DNA of 41,759 nucleotides from Rhodospirillales bacterium (GTDB lineage Bacteria; Pseudomonadota; Gammaproteobacteria; Steroidobacterales; JAHEKG01): NCBI GenBank assembly GCA_024638475.1, contig JAHEKG010000003.1, positions 1 to 41,759 of the forward strand, read 5' to 3'. Shown piece by piece: positions 28,179 to 36,768 of this stretch (position 1 is its first letter; each line of letters starts with the position of its first letter). The notes under the pieces were generated by a model. It saw only the letters and a program-made list of their open reading frames with translations, ran no database searches and was not told where the DNA came from. The position numbers and the translations under genes were made by a program.

Positions 28179-29204
28179 TTACGAGTCGGGTCGCAGCCAA
28201 TGCTGCAACTGGACCTGTTGCGGCGTATTCAGATCGCATTGGACCCGCAGGTAGCCGGGATTGACGCCGATGCGATCGGCCCCCGGATTGCCCCAGGCAT
28301 ACACCAGGGTCGGTCCGGTTTCATCCCCTTGTTGAACGACAATCACGAAAGTTTCGCGTTGCATACCGTAGGACCAGTTATTGCGCATGGTGAGGACCAT
28401 GTCACGCCCGTCCGGGTGGGTGAATGGAAACGTTCCGCCTTGATCATGCATATTGACGTAGTGATGCGTGACGGTTGGAGCGCCTCCTGACGGCTTAGGA
28501 AAATCGATCATGCAAGAGAACCAACGCGCGCGCTCCAATTGGTGCCAACTAAATTCGGCAACTTGTTCTATCACTTCGTCGGTAGCGGCGTTGAGGATGC
28601 GATCGCGAAACCAATACTGACCCTGCGTTACGCGCAATTGGTAGTCGGAGTAGCGGCGCTGGGCGCCCTGACCGAATAAACAGGTTTTGTGCTTCATGCC
28701 GCCCGCCAACCAGTCGCCATCGCGACGAATGAACACGTCGCAGCCCTCCAAGCTGCTGACGGCGTCACTGGTTAGACCGGCAAGCAGCTCGGGATCGTCA
28801 TGTGCCCCGAGGATTGACTTGCCGTCTTTCAAGAACATCAATTTGAGGCGGATGGCCTTTTCGGCTTCGTCAGCCGATAATATGTAGAGCCGCTGGCGAA
28901 AAATAGAGCTCGGGTCGTTGTTCTTGTACTCTTCGACGTAGAGCACATGCTCGCCCAGCGCGGGCACATCCACGCGGCGAATCTGAGCATGCACCCGCAA
29001 ATGGCCGCCGCTGTCCATGTCCTTTTTCCCGACGCTCGCATCGAATGCGAGTTGCTCACGATTGTCATAGTCCCCCGGCCAGATGCTCACTAAATACTCT
29101 AGTTCGCGTTCGAGCAAGGTGAAGGTTCTTTCCTCGGCAGCCGCTGCGGTGTGCATGAGCGCTGCGGTGATACAACTCGCCATTAGTTTTCGATGAGCTT
29201 TCAT
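28179..29204 (-). CDS. Exported long-form CpcT/CpeT-like protein with an extra C-terminal domain
   Basis: Signal peptide; WPGDYDNREQ, HLRVH, VLYVEEY...IFRQRLY, LEGCDVF...KTC, WFRDR; GGAG RBS. Confidence 0.78.
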   Translation of the reverse strand: MKAHRKLMASCITAALMHTAAAAEERTFTLLERELEYLVSIWPGDYDNREQLAFDASVGKKDMDSGGHLRVHAQIRRVDVPALGEHVLYVEEYKNNDPSSIFRQRLYILSADEAEKAIRLKLMFLKDGKSILGAHDDPELLAGLTSDAVSSLEGCDVFIRRDGDWLAGGMKHKTCLFGQGAQRRYSDYQLRVTQGQYWFRDRILNAATDEVIEQVAEFSWHQLERARWFSCMIDFPKPSGGAPTVTHHYVNMHDQGGTFPFTHPDGRDMVLTMRNNWSYGMQRETFVIVVQQGDETGPTLVYAWGNPGADRIGVNPGYLRVQCDLNTPQQVQLQHWLRPDS

Positions 29205-29219
29205 TTGGTCTCCAATTTC

Positions 29220-30677
29220 TCAGCTTAGTTTTAGCAGGATTTCCAACGCAGCGCGCTCGCCTGACTCCAATGCGCCTTCCATGCCGCGCTGCAATCTCGC
29301 CGTGTGTTCGCCAGCGAAATGAATGCGGCCGTGAGGCCGCGCCATGTCACTGGCAAACCGGCTGATCTGCCCCGGTCCCCAAGAAGCCCAAGTGCCGCCA
29401 GCGTAGGGGTCTCGCTGCCAGGACCAGACTTTCAGGGGCGTTAGGGCGGCCTCAGCAGCTGGTCGAATGCGCTTTAGAGCCGCCATGCTGCGAGCAATGA
29501 GTTCAGCATGCTCGTATCTATCGGCCAGTATGGCGTCCGCTCCCATCAGCCAGATGGCGGCAGACGTCACATCGTCCTGCGGTCCATAGGGATATGCTAG
29601 GAGTTGGCCGACACTGGTGTCGGTCCACATCGTCGGGGGCAGGCCGTCCTGTTCCCAGTACGGTGCGTCGACCCGCAGCAGGATCTGTGTGGTGGTGCTG
29701 TAGTTCAAGGTATTCACGGCCTCGGCCTGACGGCCCCGCAGTGGCGGGTCAAACTTCACCAGTCGTGCTGCGCAGAAGGGTAGTGTGACCAATGCGGTCC
29801 GTGCCCGAAAGACGTCCCCAGACTGGGTATGCACTTCGACGCCCGTCGAGTCGGAGCGTATGGCCGTCACCGGCGTGTTGAGCCTGATGGTGCCGCGAAA
29901 AGCAGCGCCCATGGCTTCGGGCAGGCGCATGTTGCCGCCCTTGACGTGGAACACGCCCTTGCGCTGAGACTGGTGGGTAGCCCAGGTTGCGAGCTGATGA
30001 ATATGTAGCGCTGAAACATCCTCAGCCGAATTACCGTAGCCTTGATTCTCGGTTACGCCGAGGGCAATGCTGCGATCGCTAAAACCCGCTTCGCTGAGAG
30101 CCGCGGCGACGGAGATGTCGTGGACGGAAAATTTCGGATCGTACCAGTCGTCCAGTTCTTTGAGCGGGTTGAGGGAGTTGAGTGCCGCGCTGCGAAAATC
30201 CCACGGCGCGGTGGTTCTTAGATCGCCCCGGAATGGATTCAAGGGATGATCCGGCCATTCGGATAGGCGAATGAAATTACCCTCCAGGTGAAGAATAGTG
30301 CGGCCAATATCCTCAGCCGGATACTCCACGGGCTCACGGGGCCGCATGGACTCCAATGGCACGCCCAGGTCGCGTGCCATATCGAGTATTCGTGCGTACA
30401 TAGGTCCAATGACATTGGCCCCCGCTTCGGGTGCACCCGGCACGTCATCCAAGGTAAACACACGGCCGCCAAGCCGGTCTCGAGCCTCGATGATTTCGAC
30501 TTGCAGACCCTCCCGCTGTAAAGCTAGGGCTGCACCCAGACCCGATAATCCGCCCCCGACGATGATCGCGTCGATGATCGGTCGGCGTTGTTGAGCGGCT
30601 GTTCGGGATGCGGGGGCGCCTGACGCTGCCACTCCAAGGGCACCCAACAGAATTTTGCGGCGTGTTGTCGTGATCAT
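29220..30677 (-). CDS. Tat-exported flavin monoamine/L-amino-acid oxidase family protein (paralog of 21645-23087)
   Basis: Probable ATG at 30677; TRRKILL; IVGGGLSGL, EARDRLGGRVFT, HFAGEHT, MEGALESGERAA. Confidence 0.9.
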   Translation of the reverse strand: MITTTRRKILLGALGVAASGAPASRTAAQQRRPIIDAIIVGGGLSGLGAALALQREGLQVEIIEARDRLGGRVFTLDDVPGAPEAGANVIGPMYARILDMARDLGVPLESMRPREPVEYPAEDIGRTILHLEGNFIRLSEWPDHPLNPFRGDLRTTAPWDFRSAALNSLNPLKELDDWYDPKFSVHDISVAAALSEAGFSDRSIALGVTENQGYGNSAEDVSALHIHQLATWATHQSQRKGVFHVKGGNMRLPEAMGAAFRGTIRLNTPVTAIRSDSTGVEVHTQSGDVFRARTALVTLPFCAARLVKFDPPLRGRQAEAVNTLNYSTTTQILLRVDAPYWEQDGLPPTMWTDTSVGQLLAYPYGPQDDVTSAAIWLMGADAILADRYEHAELIARSMAALKRIRPAAEAALTPLKVWSWQRDPYAGGTWASWGPGQISRFASDMARPHGRIHFAGEHTARLQRGMEGALESGERAALEILLKLS

Positions 30678-30750
30678 GCTGGTGTCTACGCTTCCGGCCG
30701 TCCGTGCTGACCATAGCACCTCCAATCTTCCTCTGGAGGGCGAGCGGACC

Positions 30751-30845
30751 TATGAATCAATAGTCAAAAAATATAATAAAAAATCAATTCAATCAGTAAT
30801 TTATGAATCAACTTGTATTAATTCTATTATTCTATAGAATATATG
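30751..30845. promoter_or_regulatory. AT-rich divergent promoter region with a candidate TetR operator
   Basis: Strongly AT-rich tract between the divergent oxidase and tetR genes. Direct repeat TATGAATCAA at 30751 and 30802; perfect 14-bp palindrome TATTCTATAGAATA at 30828-30841. Confidence 0.6.
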
Positions 30846-30867
30846 GCGGATTTGATCATGTGATTCC

Positions 30868-31500
30868 ATGAAACCCAAGAATACGGATAGCGAAAAATAC
30901 CAGCTGCATAGGCGGGAAGCCGTGCGTGCAGCCGCGACCGTGTTTTCGGCGAATGGATTTCACGGCGCTAGCACCAGCGATATAGCCGAGCAGCTCGGTA
31001 TCAAGCAGGGGAGCCTTTACTACTACTTCGCCTCGAAAGAAGAGGCGCTGGAAGAGGTTTGCCTCTATGGGCTCGAGACTTACACGAAGAATATGGACGT
31101 GATTGCCCACGACACCGGCCAACCCTTCGAGGCACGACTATTCGCGGTTGTCACGAATCACCTGACCAGCTATCGCGACAAAAGCGAGGCGCTCAAGGTA
31201 CACAACAATGAGCGTTTATATCTACCGGAAGCCCGGCGCGTTCGCCTGAAGGCAATGGGTAGCAAATATCGCCGCCAGCTCGAAAGCGTTATTGAACATG
31301 GAATCGAGGAGGGCGCCGTTAGCGCAACCTTGGATGCTCATTTCGCCGCGCAGTCGGTTATCGGAATCTGTAACTCGCTCGGAGAGCATATCGTCCGGGA
31401 AACAGACGTTGACGTATTCGACCTCGTTCGGAAGTGTACGGGCCTTCTGTTGCACGGCATGTCGTCGGAGCAAGGGTCGGGCCGGCCGAATACTTCTTAG
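30868..31500 (+). CDS. TetR/AcrR family transcriptional regulator (KstR2-like C-terminus)
   Basis: HTH motif AAATVFSANGFHGASTSDIAEQLGIKQGSLYYYFASKEE. Confidence 0.93.
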   Translation: MKPKNTDSEKYQLHRREAVRAAATVFSANGFHGASTSDIAEQLGIKQGSLYYYFASKEEALEEVCLYGLETYTKNMDVIAHDTGQPFEARLFAVVTNHLTSYRDKSEALKVHNNERLYLPEARRVRLKAMGSKYRRQLESVIEHGIEEGAVSATLDAHFAAQSVIGICNSLGEHIVRETDVDVFDLVRKCTGLLLHGMSSEQGSGRPNTS

Positions 31501-31531
31501 AAAAATTACCTCCAAGAAAAAGGATTGATAG

Positions 31532-33244
31532 ATGGGTGCTTTTAAAGAGCCACACGGTGGCGAACTCAAGGAATTGTATCTGCCGGAGCGGCAGGCCGAC
31601 GAAGAAAAGGTGAAAGCCAAAGACTATCCGTCCTGGGACCTAACCCCGCGTCAAATATGCGATCTGGACTTGCTGATGAACGGCGCATTTTCACCGCTCG
31701 AGGGTTTCCTTGGGCAGAGTGACTACGAAAGCGTTTGCGACAGCATGCGCCTGACGAGCGGTGTGCTTTGGCCCGTGCCGATCACGCTGGATGTCAGCGA
31801 AGCGTTCGCGGGCAACATAGAAGCGGGCAAGGTCATTGGCCTGCGCGACCAGGAGGGCGTATTACTGGCGACGCTGGAGGTCAGCGACATCTGGACGCCG
31901 GACCTGATGAGTGAGGCACAACGCGTCTACGGCTCTCAGGACGACAACCATCCCAGCGTGGCTTTTCTCAAGCATTCGTCGAACCCCGTTTATATCGGTG
32001 GCCGGATCCGTGGCGTTGAACCGCCGACCTACTATGACTTTAAACTCCTCCGCGATACGCCCTCCGAGCTACGTGGCCGCTTCCGCAAGCTGGGTTGGCG
32101 CAAGATCGTTGCGTTTCAGACCCGCAATCCGCTACACCGCGCCCACCAGGAATTGACCTTTCGGGCGGCGCGTGAAGCCGACGCGAACTTGCTCATACAC
32201 CCGGTGGTCGGCATGACCAAGCCCGGCGATATCGATCATTTTACGCGCGTGCGCTGCTACGAACATGTTCTCAATCAATACCCCGAGCAGACGACTCAAC
32301 TGAGTCTTCTTAACCTCGCCATGCGCATGGGTGGCCCCCGTGAAACCCTGTGGCACGCGATCATCCGCAAAAACTACGGTTGTACCCACTTCATCGTTGG
32401 TCGCGATCATGCCGGGCCCGGCAATGACAAAGACGGCAACCCGTTTTACGGCCCCTACGACGCCCAAGAGTTGTTCAAAGAGCATGAGGAAGAGCTCGAC
32501 ATCACGATGGTTCCGTTCAAGATGATGGTCTATGTCGAGAACAAGGCCGAGTACGTAGCGGCGGATGAGACCGAACCGACGGACAAGGTTTTGAATCTTT
32601 CCGGAACCGAGTTCCGCCGCCGGTTGCAGGAGGGCCTCGATATTCCCGAATGGTTCTCGTATCCGCGGGTGGTCGAGGAATTGCGGCGTGCCCACCCGCC
32701 GAAGCACCGGCAAGGCTTCACCGTATTTTTCACCGGCCTTTCCGGATCGGGGAAATCGACCGTCGCCAATGCATTGATGGTCAAGCTGCTGGAAGACGGG
32801 TCACGCCCCGTCACGTTGCTGGATGGGGATATTGTCCGCAAGCACCTGTCCAGCGAGTTGAATTTTTCGAAAGAGCACCGCGACCTAAATATCCAAAGGA
32901 TCGGTTTCGTCGCCAGTGAAATTACGAAAAACGGTGGCATCGCGATTTGCGCGCCGATTGCGCCCTACGCGGGTGCCCGCAGATTGGTGAGAGATATGAT
33001 TACCCCACAGGGCGGGTTCATGGAAACTTATGTATCGACCCCGATCGAGGTGTGCGAGCAACGCGACCGCAAGGGCCTTTATGCCATGGCTCGGGCCGGT
33101 AAGATCAAGGGATTTACCGGCATCGACGATCCTTATGAGGTTCCGGAGAATCCGGAGATCGCTATCGATACTTCGAAACTGTCCGCGGACCTTGCCGCGC
33201 ACCGTATTCTGATTACACTCGAGAAGCTGGGCTATATTCGCTGA
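31532..33244 (+). CDS. sat/cysC: Bifunctional sulfate adenylyltransferase / adenylylsulfate kinase (Sat-CysC fusion)
   Basis: ATP sulfurylase motifs GAFSPLEGF, AFQTRNPLHRAH, HFIVGRDHAG; APS kinase motifs FFTGLSGSGKST, LLDGDIVR, RDRKGLY, FTGIDDPYE. Confidence 0.97.
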   Translation: MGAFKEPHGGELKELYLPERQADEEKVKAKDYPSWDLTPRQICDLDLLMNGAFSPLEGFLGQSDYESVCDSMRLTSGVLWPVPITLDVSEAFAGNIEAGKVIGLRDQEGVLLATLEVSDIWTPDLMSEAQRVYGSQDDNHPSVAFLKHSSNPVYIGGRIRGVEPPTYYDFKLLRDTPSELRGRFRKLGWRKIVAFQTRNPLHRAHQELTFRAAREADANLLIHPVVGMTKPGDIDHFTRVRCYEHVLNQYPEQTTQLSLLNLAMRMGGPRETLWHAIIRKNYGCTHFIVGRDHAGPGNDKDGNPFYGPYDAQELFKEHEEELDITMVPFKMMVYVENKAEYVAADETEPTDKVLNLSGTEFRRRLQEGLDIPEWFSYPRVVEELRRAHPPKHRQGFTVFFTGLSGSGKSTVANALMVKLLEDGSRPVTLLDGDIVRKHLSSELNFSKEHRDLNIQRIGFVASEITKNGGIAICAPIAPYAGARRLVRDMITPQGGFMETYVSTPIEVCEQRDRKGLYAMARAGKIKGFTGIDDPYEVPENPEIAIDTSKLSADLAAHRILITLEKLGYIR

Positions 33245-33294
33245 CGGGAACCCATTGTCCCCACGCCTCTCCGGCTGCGGTACGAGCCCGGAAA

Positions 33295-33723
33295 CTAACC
33301 GTAGCTTTCGAGCAGCAGGTTGGTTTCCGTTGCCGTGACGCCGTCGATGAGCCGGAGTGCGCCGACGACTTTGTTGAAGGCTGACAACGAATCCGTTTGT
33401 ATTTCCGCGATGACATCCCAGCGGCCCGTCGTGTGGTGGACCGCAGCCACATTAGGGTTGCCGCGCAGGCTCGCGATGACGCCCGCCTCGCTTGCGCTAT
33501 CCGCGCGGATGCTCATCAGCGCTCGGACCGCGGGTTCGGCCGCTTCGGAACCCATCCTGACGGTGTAGCCGAGAATAACGCCCGCGTTTTCCAGCCGGCG
33601 CATTCGATTCTGGACGGTGGCCCGGGACACGCCCAAGCGGCTCGCCAGTTCGACGACGGAAAGCCGGGCATTGTCCCGCAACAGAGCCAGTAAACCCTGA
33701 TCTTTGGCGTCGAGCTTAAGCAT
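33295..33723 (-). CDS. Lrp/AsnC family transcriptional regulator
   Basis: ATG at 33723; LDAKDQGLLALLRDNARLSVVELASRLGVSRATVQNRMRRLE, TTGRWD; divergent from ocd-arginase. Confidence 0.93.
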   Translation of the reverse strand: MLKLDAKDQGLLALLRDNARLSVVELASRLGVSRATVQNRMRRLENAGVILGYTVRMGSEAAEPAVRALMSIRADSASEAGVIASLRGNPNVAAVHHTTGRWDVIAEIQTDSLSAFNKVVGALRLIDGVTATETNLLLESYG

Positions 33724-33867
33724 GGTTATGATTGGCCGTCTGTATGCATATCGTTCATACTCACTGACATTAGGCAACAAAATCACTCAAAAATATACAC
33801 ATTGTGGTCTATTAACTAGCTTATAGTTCGCATTATATTAGCGATATGATAGTTCAGGGACAGCCCA
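33724..33867. promoter_or_regulatory. AT-rich divergent promoter region between the Lrp regulator and ocd
   Basis: AT-rich 144-bp spacer between divergent genes; exact boxes not resolved. Confidence 0.5.
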
Positions 33868-34917
33868 ATGACTCAATTCATCGACGTTCCCGCCCTATGT
33901 AGGCTGGTGAGCCAGGTCGGCGTCGCCGAATTCATAGCCGGCATGGCTGGGGCTATTCGTGAGGATTTCCTCCGCTGGGAGGAATTCGACAAGTCCGCGC
34001 GCACGGCGTCGCACAGCGACGTGGGGGTCATCGAGCTCATGCCCATCTCGGACTCGGAGCGCTACGGCTTCAAATATGTCAACGGCCATCCTTCGAATAC
34101 TGAACGAGGTTTGCCGACCGTCATGGCGTTTGGTGCGCTCGCCGATGTCGCTACGGGCTATCCCACGTTCGTCGCGGAATTGACGGTGACCACAGCACTG
34201 CGAACCGCTGCGACGTCGGCCATAGCGGCCAGCGTCCTAGCCCGACCGAACGTCACTAGTATGGGGATGATCGGCTGCGGAGCGCAGAGTGAGTTTCAGG
34301 CCCTGGCGTTCCATCGGTTGTTGGGTGTCGAAACGATTCGCGCCTACGATATCGACCCTGGCGCGATGGCGAAGCTGCAGCGAAACTTGCAAGATATCCA
34401 CGGCCCGCAGGTTTTCCTGGTCGATTCTCCGCAGCAAGCCGTGGCCGGTATGGACATCGTCACGACCTGTACGGCGGACAAGGCCTGGGCAACGATATTG
34501 ACACCGGATATGGTAGAGCCCGGGATGCACATCAACGGCCTCGGGGGAGATTGTCCGGGTAAAACCGAGTTGCACTTAGACGTTCTCAAGAACGCCAAGG
34601 TATTCGTCGAGTACGAACCGCAAACCCGACTCGAAGGCGATATCCAACAATTACCCGGCACGCACCCGGTACATGAGTTGTGGCGAGTCCTTGCCGAACT
34701 TGAGCCTGGCCGCGATAGCGCTTCGCAGGTGACGGTATTCGATTCGGTAGGCTTTGCGCTCGAAGATTATTCTGCGCTTCGGTATTTACAGAAAGTTGCC
34801 GAGCAGTATGGCGAAGGAGAGACGATTGCGTTGATACCGGAACTGGCAGACCCTAAGGACTTGTTCGAACTCGTCATGGACTCTAGTGGCCGCGCACATG
34901 CTCGTAGGGTCGCCTAG
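33868..34917 (+). CDS. ocd: Ornithine cyclodeaminase
   Basis: Motifs GVIELMP, FKYVNGHP, TALRTAATS, IGCGAQSEFQ, GGDCPGKTEL, FDSVGFALED. Confidence 0.96.
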   Translation: MTQFIDVPALCRLVSQVGVAEFIAGMAGAIREDFLRWEEFDKSARTASHSDVGVIELMPISDSERYGFKYVNGHPSNTERGLPTVMAFGALADVATGYPTFVAELTVTTALRTAATSAIAASVLARPNVTSMGMIGCGAQSEFQALAFHRLLGVETIRAYDIDPGAMAKLQRNLQDIHGPQVFLVDSPQQAVAGMDIVTTCTADKAWATILTPDMVEPGMHINGLGGDCPGKTELHLDVLKNAKVFVEYEPQTRLEGDIQQLPGTHPVHELWRVLAELEPGRDSASQVTVFDSVGFALEDYSALRYLQKVAEQYGEGETIALIPELADPKDLFELVMDSSGRAHARRVA

Positions 34918-34940
34918 CGTCGGTTGATCGAGGTTGAGCC

Positions 34941-35852
34941 ATGAAGAAACCTATCCGTATCATTAATGTGCCGCTGGATTTGGGGGCCTCCCACCGGGGA
35001 ACGGATGCGGGTCCGATCGCGTTTCGCATCGCGGGCCTGCGCGGTGCGATCGAACAACTCGGCTATCGGATTGCCGGGGAGACGGATATTCCGATTCCGA
35101 GCACCGAATCACGCCGGCCTGGTGACGCGCACGCGCGTTACAAGGCAGAAATACTTGTGGTCTGTGAACGGCTCGCCGTTGAGACGAAAGCCACGCTGGC
35201 GGCCGGCAGTATTCCGTTGGTGATTGGCGGCGATCACTCGATTGCCATGGGGACGGTGTCCGGGATTTCGGCTCATCTCGCCGATTCGGCTCAGAAATTG
35301 GGCCTGATTTGGTTCGATGCTCACGGCGACATGAATCTGCCCGCCACTTCGCCAAGCGGCAATGTTCACGGGATGCCGCTCGCGCACTTGATCGGTCATG
35401 GTGACGCCCAACTGGCGAGCATCTGCGGGCTGAATCCCGCGGTCGATCCCCGTAATGTTGCCTTGATCGGTATTCGGGATATTGATCGCGCCGAACGCGA
35501 ATTTATCAGCCAATCGGGGGTTGCCGCATTCACGATGCGTGACATCGATGAATTGGGTATGAGCGAGGTTTCGCGGCGGGCGCTCGAGATCGTGAACACG
35601 GGTACGGGCGGATTCCATGTCAGCTTCGACCTCGACGGCTGCGATCCCCAGGTCATCCCGGGCACGGGTACGGCGGTTCCCGGCGGTGTCAGCTATCGAG
35701 AAGCGCATTTGCTGTTGGAGGATTGCGCCAGCGATGGCCGCATGCTGGCCATGGAAGTTGTCGAATTAAACCCGTTTTTGGACCTGGCGAACGTTTCCGC
35801 TGAGCGGGCCGTCGCCCTCGTGCAAAGCGCATTCGGTAGAAGCATTCTTTAG
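34941..35852 (+). CDS. rocF: Arginase
   Basis: Motifs GGDHSIAMG, WFDAHGDMN, SPSGNVHGMP, HVSFDLDGCDP, PGTGT, VVELNP; downstream of ocd. Confidence 0.95.
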   Translation: MKKPIRIINVPLDLGASHRGTDAGPIAFRIAGLRGAIEQLGYRIAGETDIPIPSTESRRPGDAHARYKAEILVVCERLAVETKATLAAGSIPLVIGGDHSIAMGTVSGISAHLADSAQKLGLIWFDAHGDMNLPATSPSGNVHGMPLAHLIGHGDAQLASICGLNPAVDPRNVALIGIRDIDRAEREFISQSGVAAFTMRDIDELGMSEVSRRALEIVNTGTGGFHVSFDLDGCDPQVIPGTGTAVPGGVSYREAHLLLEDCASDGRMLAMEVVELNPFLDLANVSAERAVALVQSAFGRSIL

Positions 35853-35990
35853 CAGCCATGACGTTGGTCCCATGTTGCCTCCACCACGTAGCAAGCGGGC
35901 CAATCGGTCGCCCTAGAACGTGAACCATTACCAGGCAGAAACGGGTGCGCCGGCCTATCCTGGGAAGCTAGTCGCTAACCGGGCCGCGTT

Positions 35991-36590
35991 ATGCCCATCG
36001 CCAAGCTCAAGGATCAGATCGCCCGCCTCAAGACGCCCGCTGACGAACCGCCGACCCCCGACGAACGGGATGAGGCGATCGAGCGGCTAGAACGAGCGCT
36101 GGACGAAGCACAAGACGACGCCGCCGCGTTGCGGGCCACCGTAGACGAGCTACGTTTTAGGAACGACACTTTAGAAAAGAGTTATTCGACGCAACTCGCC
36201 GACGCCCGCGAACGTTTCGAGGCCGCGGAAGCGGCTCTCGCCGAGCTGCAAGCCCGCTTGGATGAGTTGGGTGGCGGCGAAGATCTCTTAGAGGTGATTG
36301 CCGCCGCGCGCGCGGATCTGGAACGAATCACCGGCGAGCGGGATCGGTTGCGCGAGCGAATCCGCGAACCCGCGAGCGGCCGGCGGCCGGCACGCGAGGA
36401 GTCCATCGACTCGGGTGCAGACCTCGAAGGCTATTCCATCGACGAGCTGTTAGAGGACGCCATTTGGGCACGGGAGCAAGCGCGGATTGATAAGCAGAAG
36501 GGGCATACGCCGGCGGTGACCGCGGAGGACCCACCGCCAGAGGATATGGTGCCTCCGGACCTGGTATTCCCGCGTAAAACGGAGGAATGA
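35991..36590 (+). CDS. Hypothetical acidic coiled-coil protein
   Basis: 199-aa ORF with heptad-like E/A/L/R-rich helix; fills the space between genes. Confidence 0.65.
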   Translation: MPIAKLKDQIARLKTPADEPPTPDERDEAIERLERALDEAQDDAAALRATVDELRFRNDTLEKSYSTQLADARERFEAAEAALAELQARLDELGGGEDLLEVIAAARADLERITGERDRLRERIREPASGRRPAREESIDSGADLEGYSIDELLEDAIWAREQARIDKQKGHTPAVTAEDPPPEDMVPPDLVFPRKTEE

Positions 36591-36768
36591 TCCGCCGATC
36601 CTGATTGCGTTTGCGCTCGAAAATCCGCTCAGTTGACGCACCTTGCTGGCTACGGGCACGGCCAGCCTCGCAACAGCAGCGTCAATGGCGGGTTGGTTTG
36701 AGGATTCGACCGGCTAAAGCCCGTCCCCCTCGGCAATGACTTTACGCATTGTCTGCGTTCCGGCCTGA

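Noticed and set aside
24822-29204. Phycobilisome biosynthesis locus (true cpcT/cpeT)
   Set aside because: There are no phycobiliprotein, linker or bilin reductase genes in the window and all three proteins have export signals, so gene symbols were withheld.
10460-31531. Mobile genomic island with integrase or att sites
   Set aside because: No integrase, transposase, tRNA or flanking direct repeats were seen, and coding composition looks similar to the flanks.
33295-35852. Lrp-ocd-arginase as a novel system
   Set aside because: This is a well-known arginine-to-ornithine-to-proline module.
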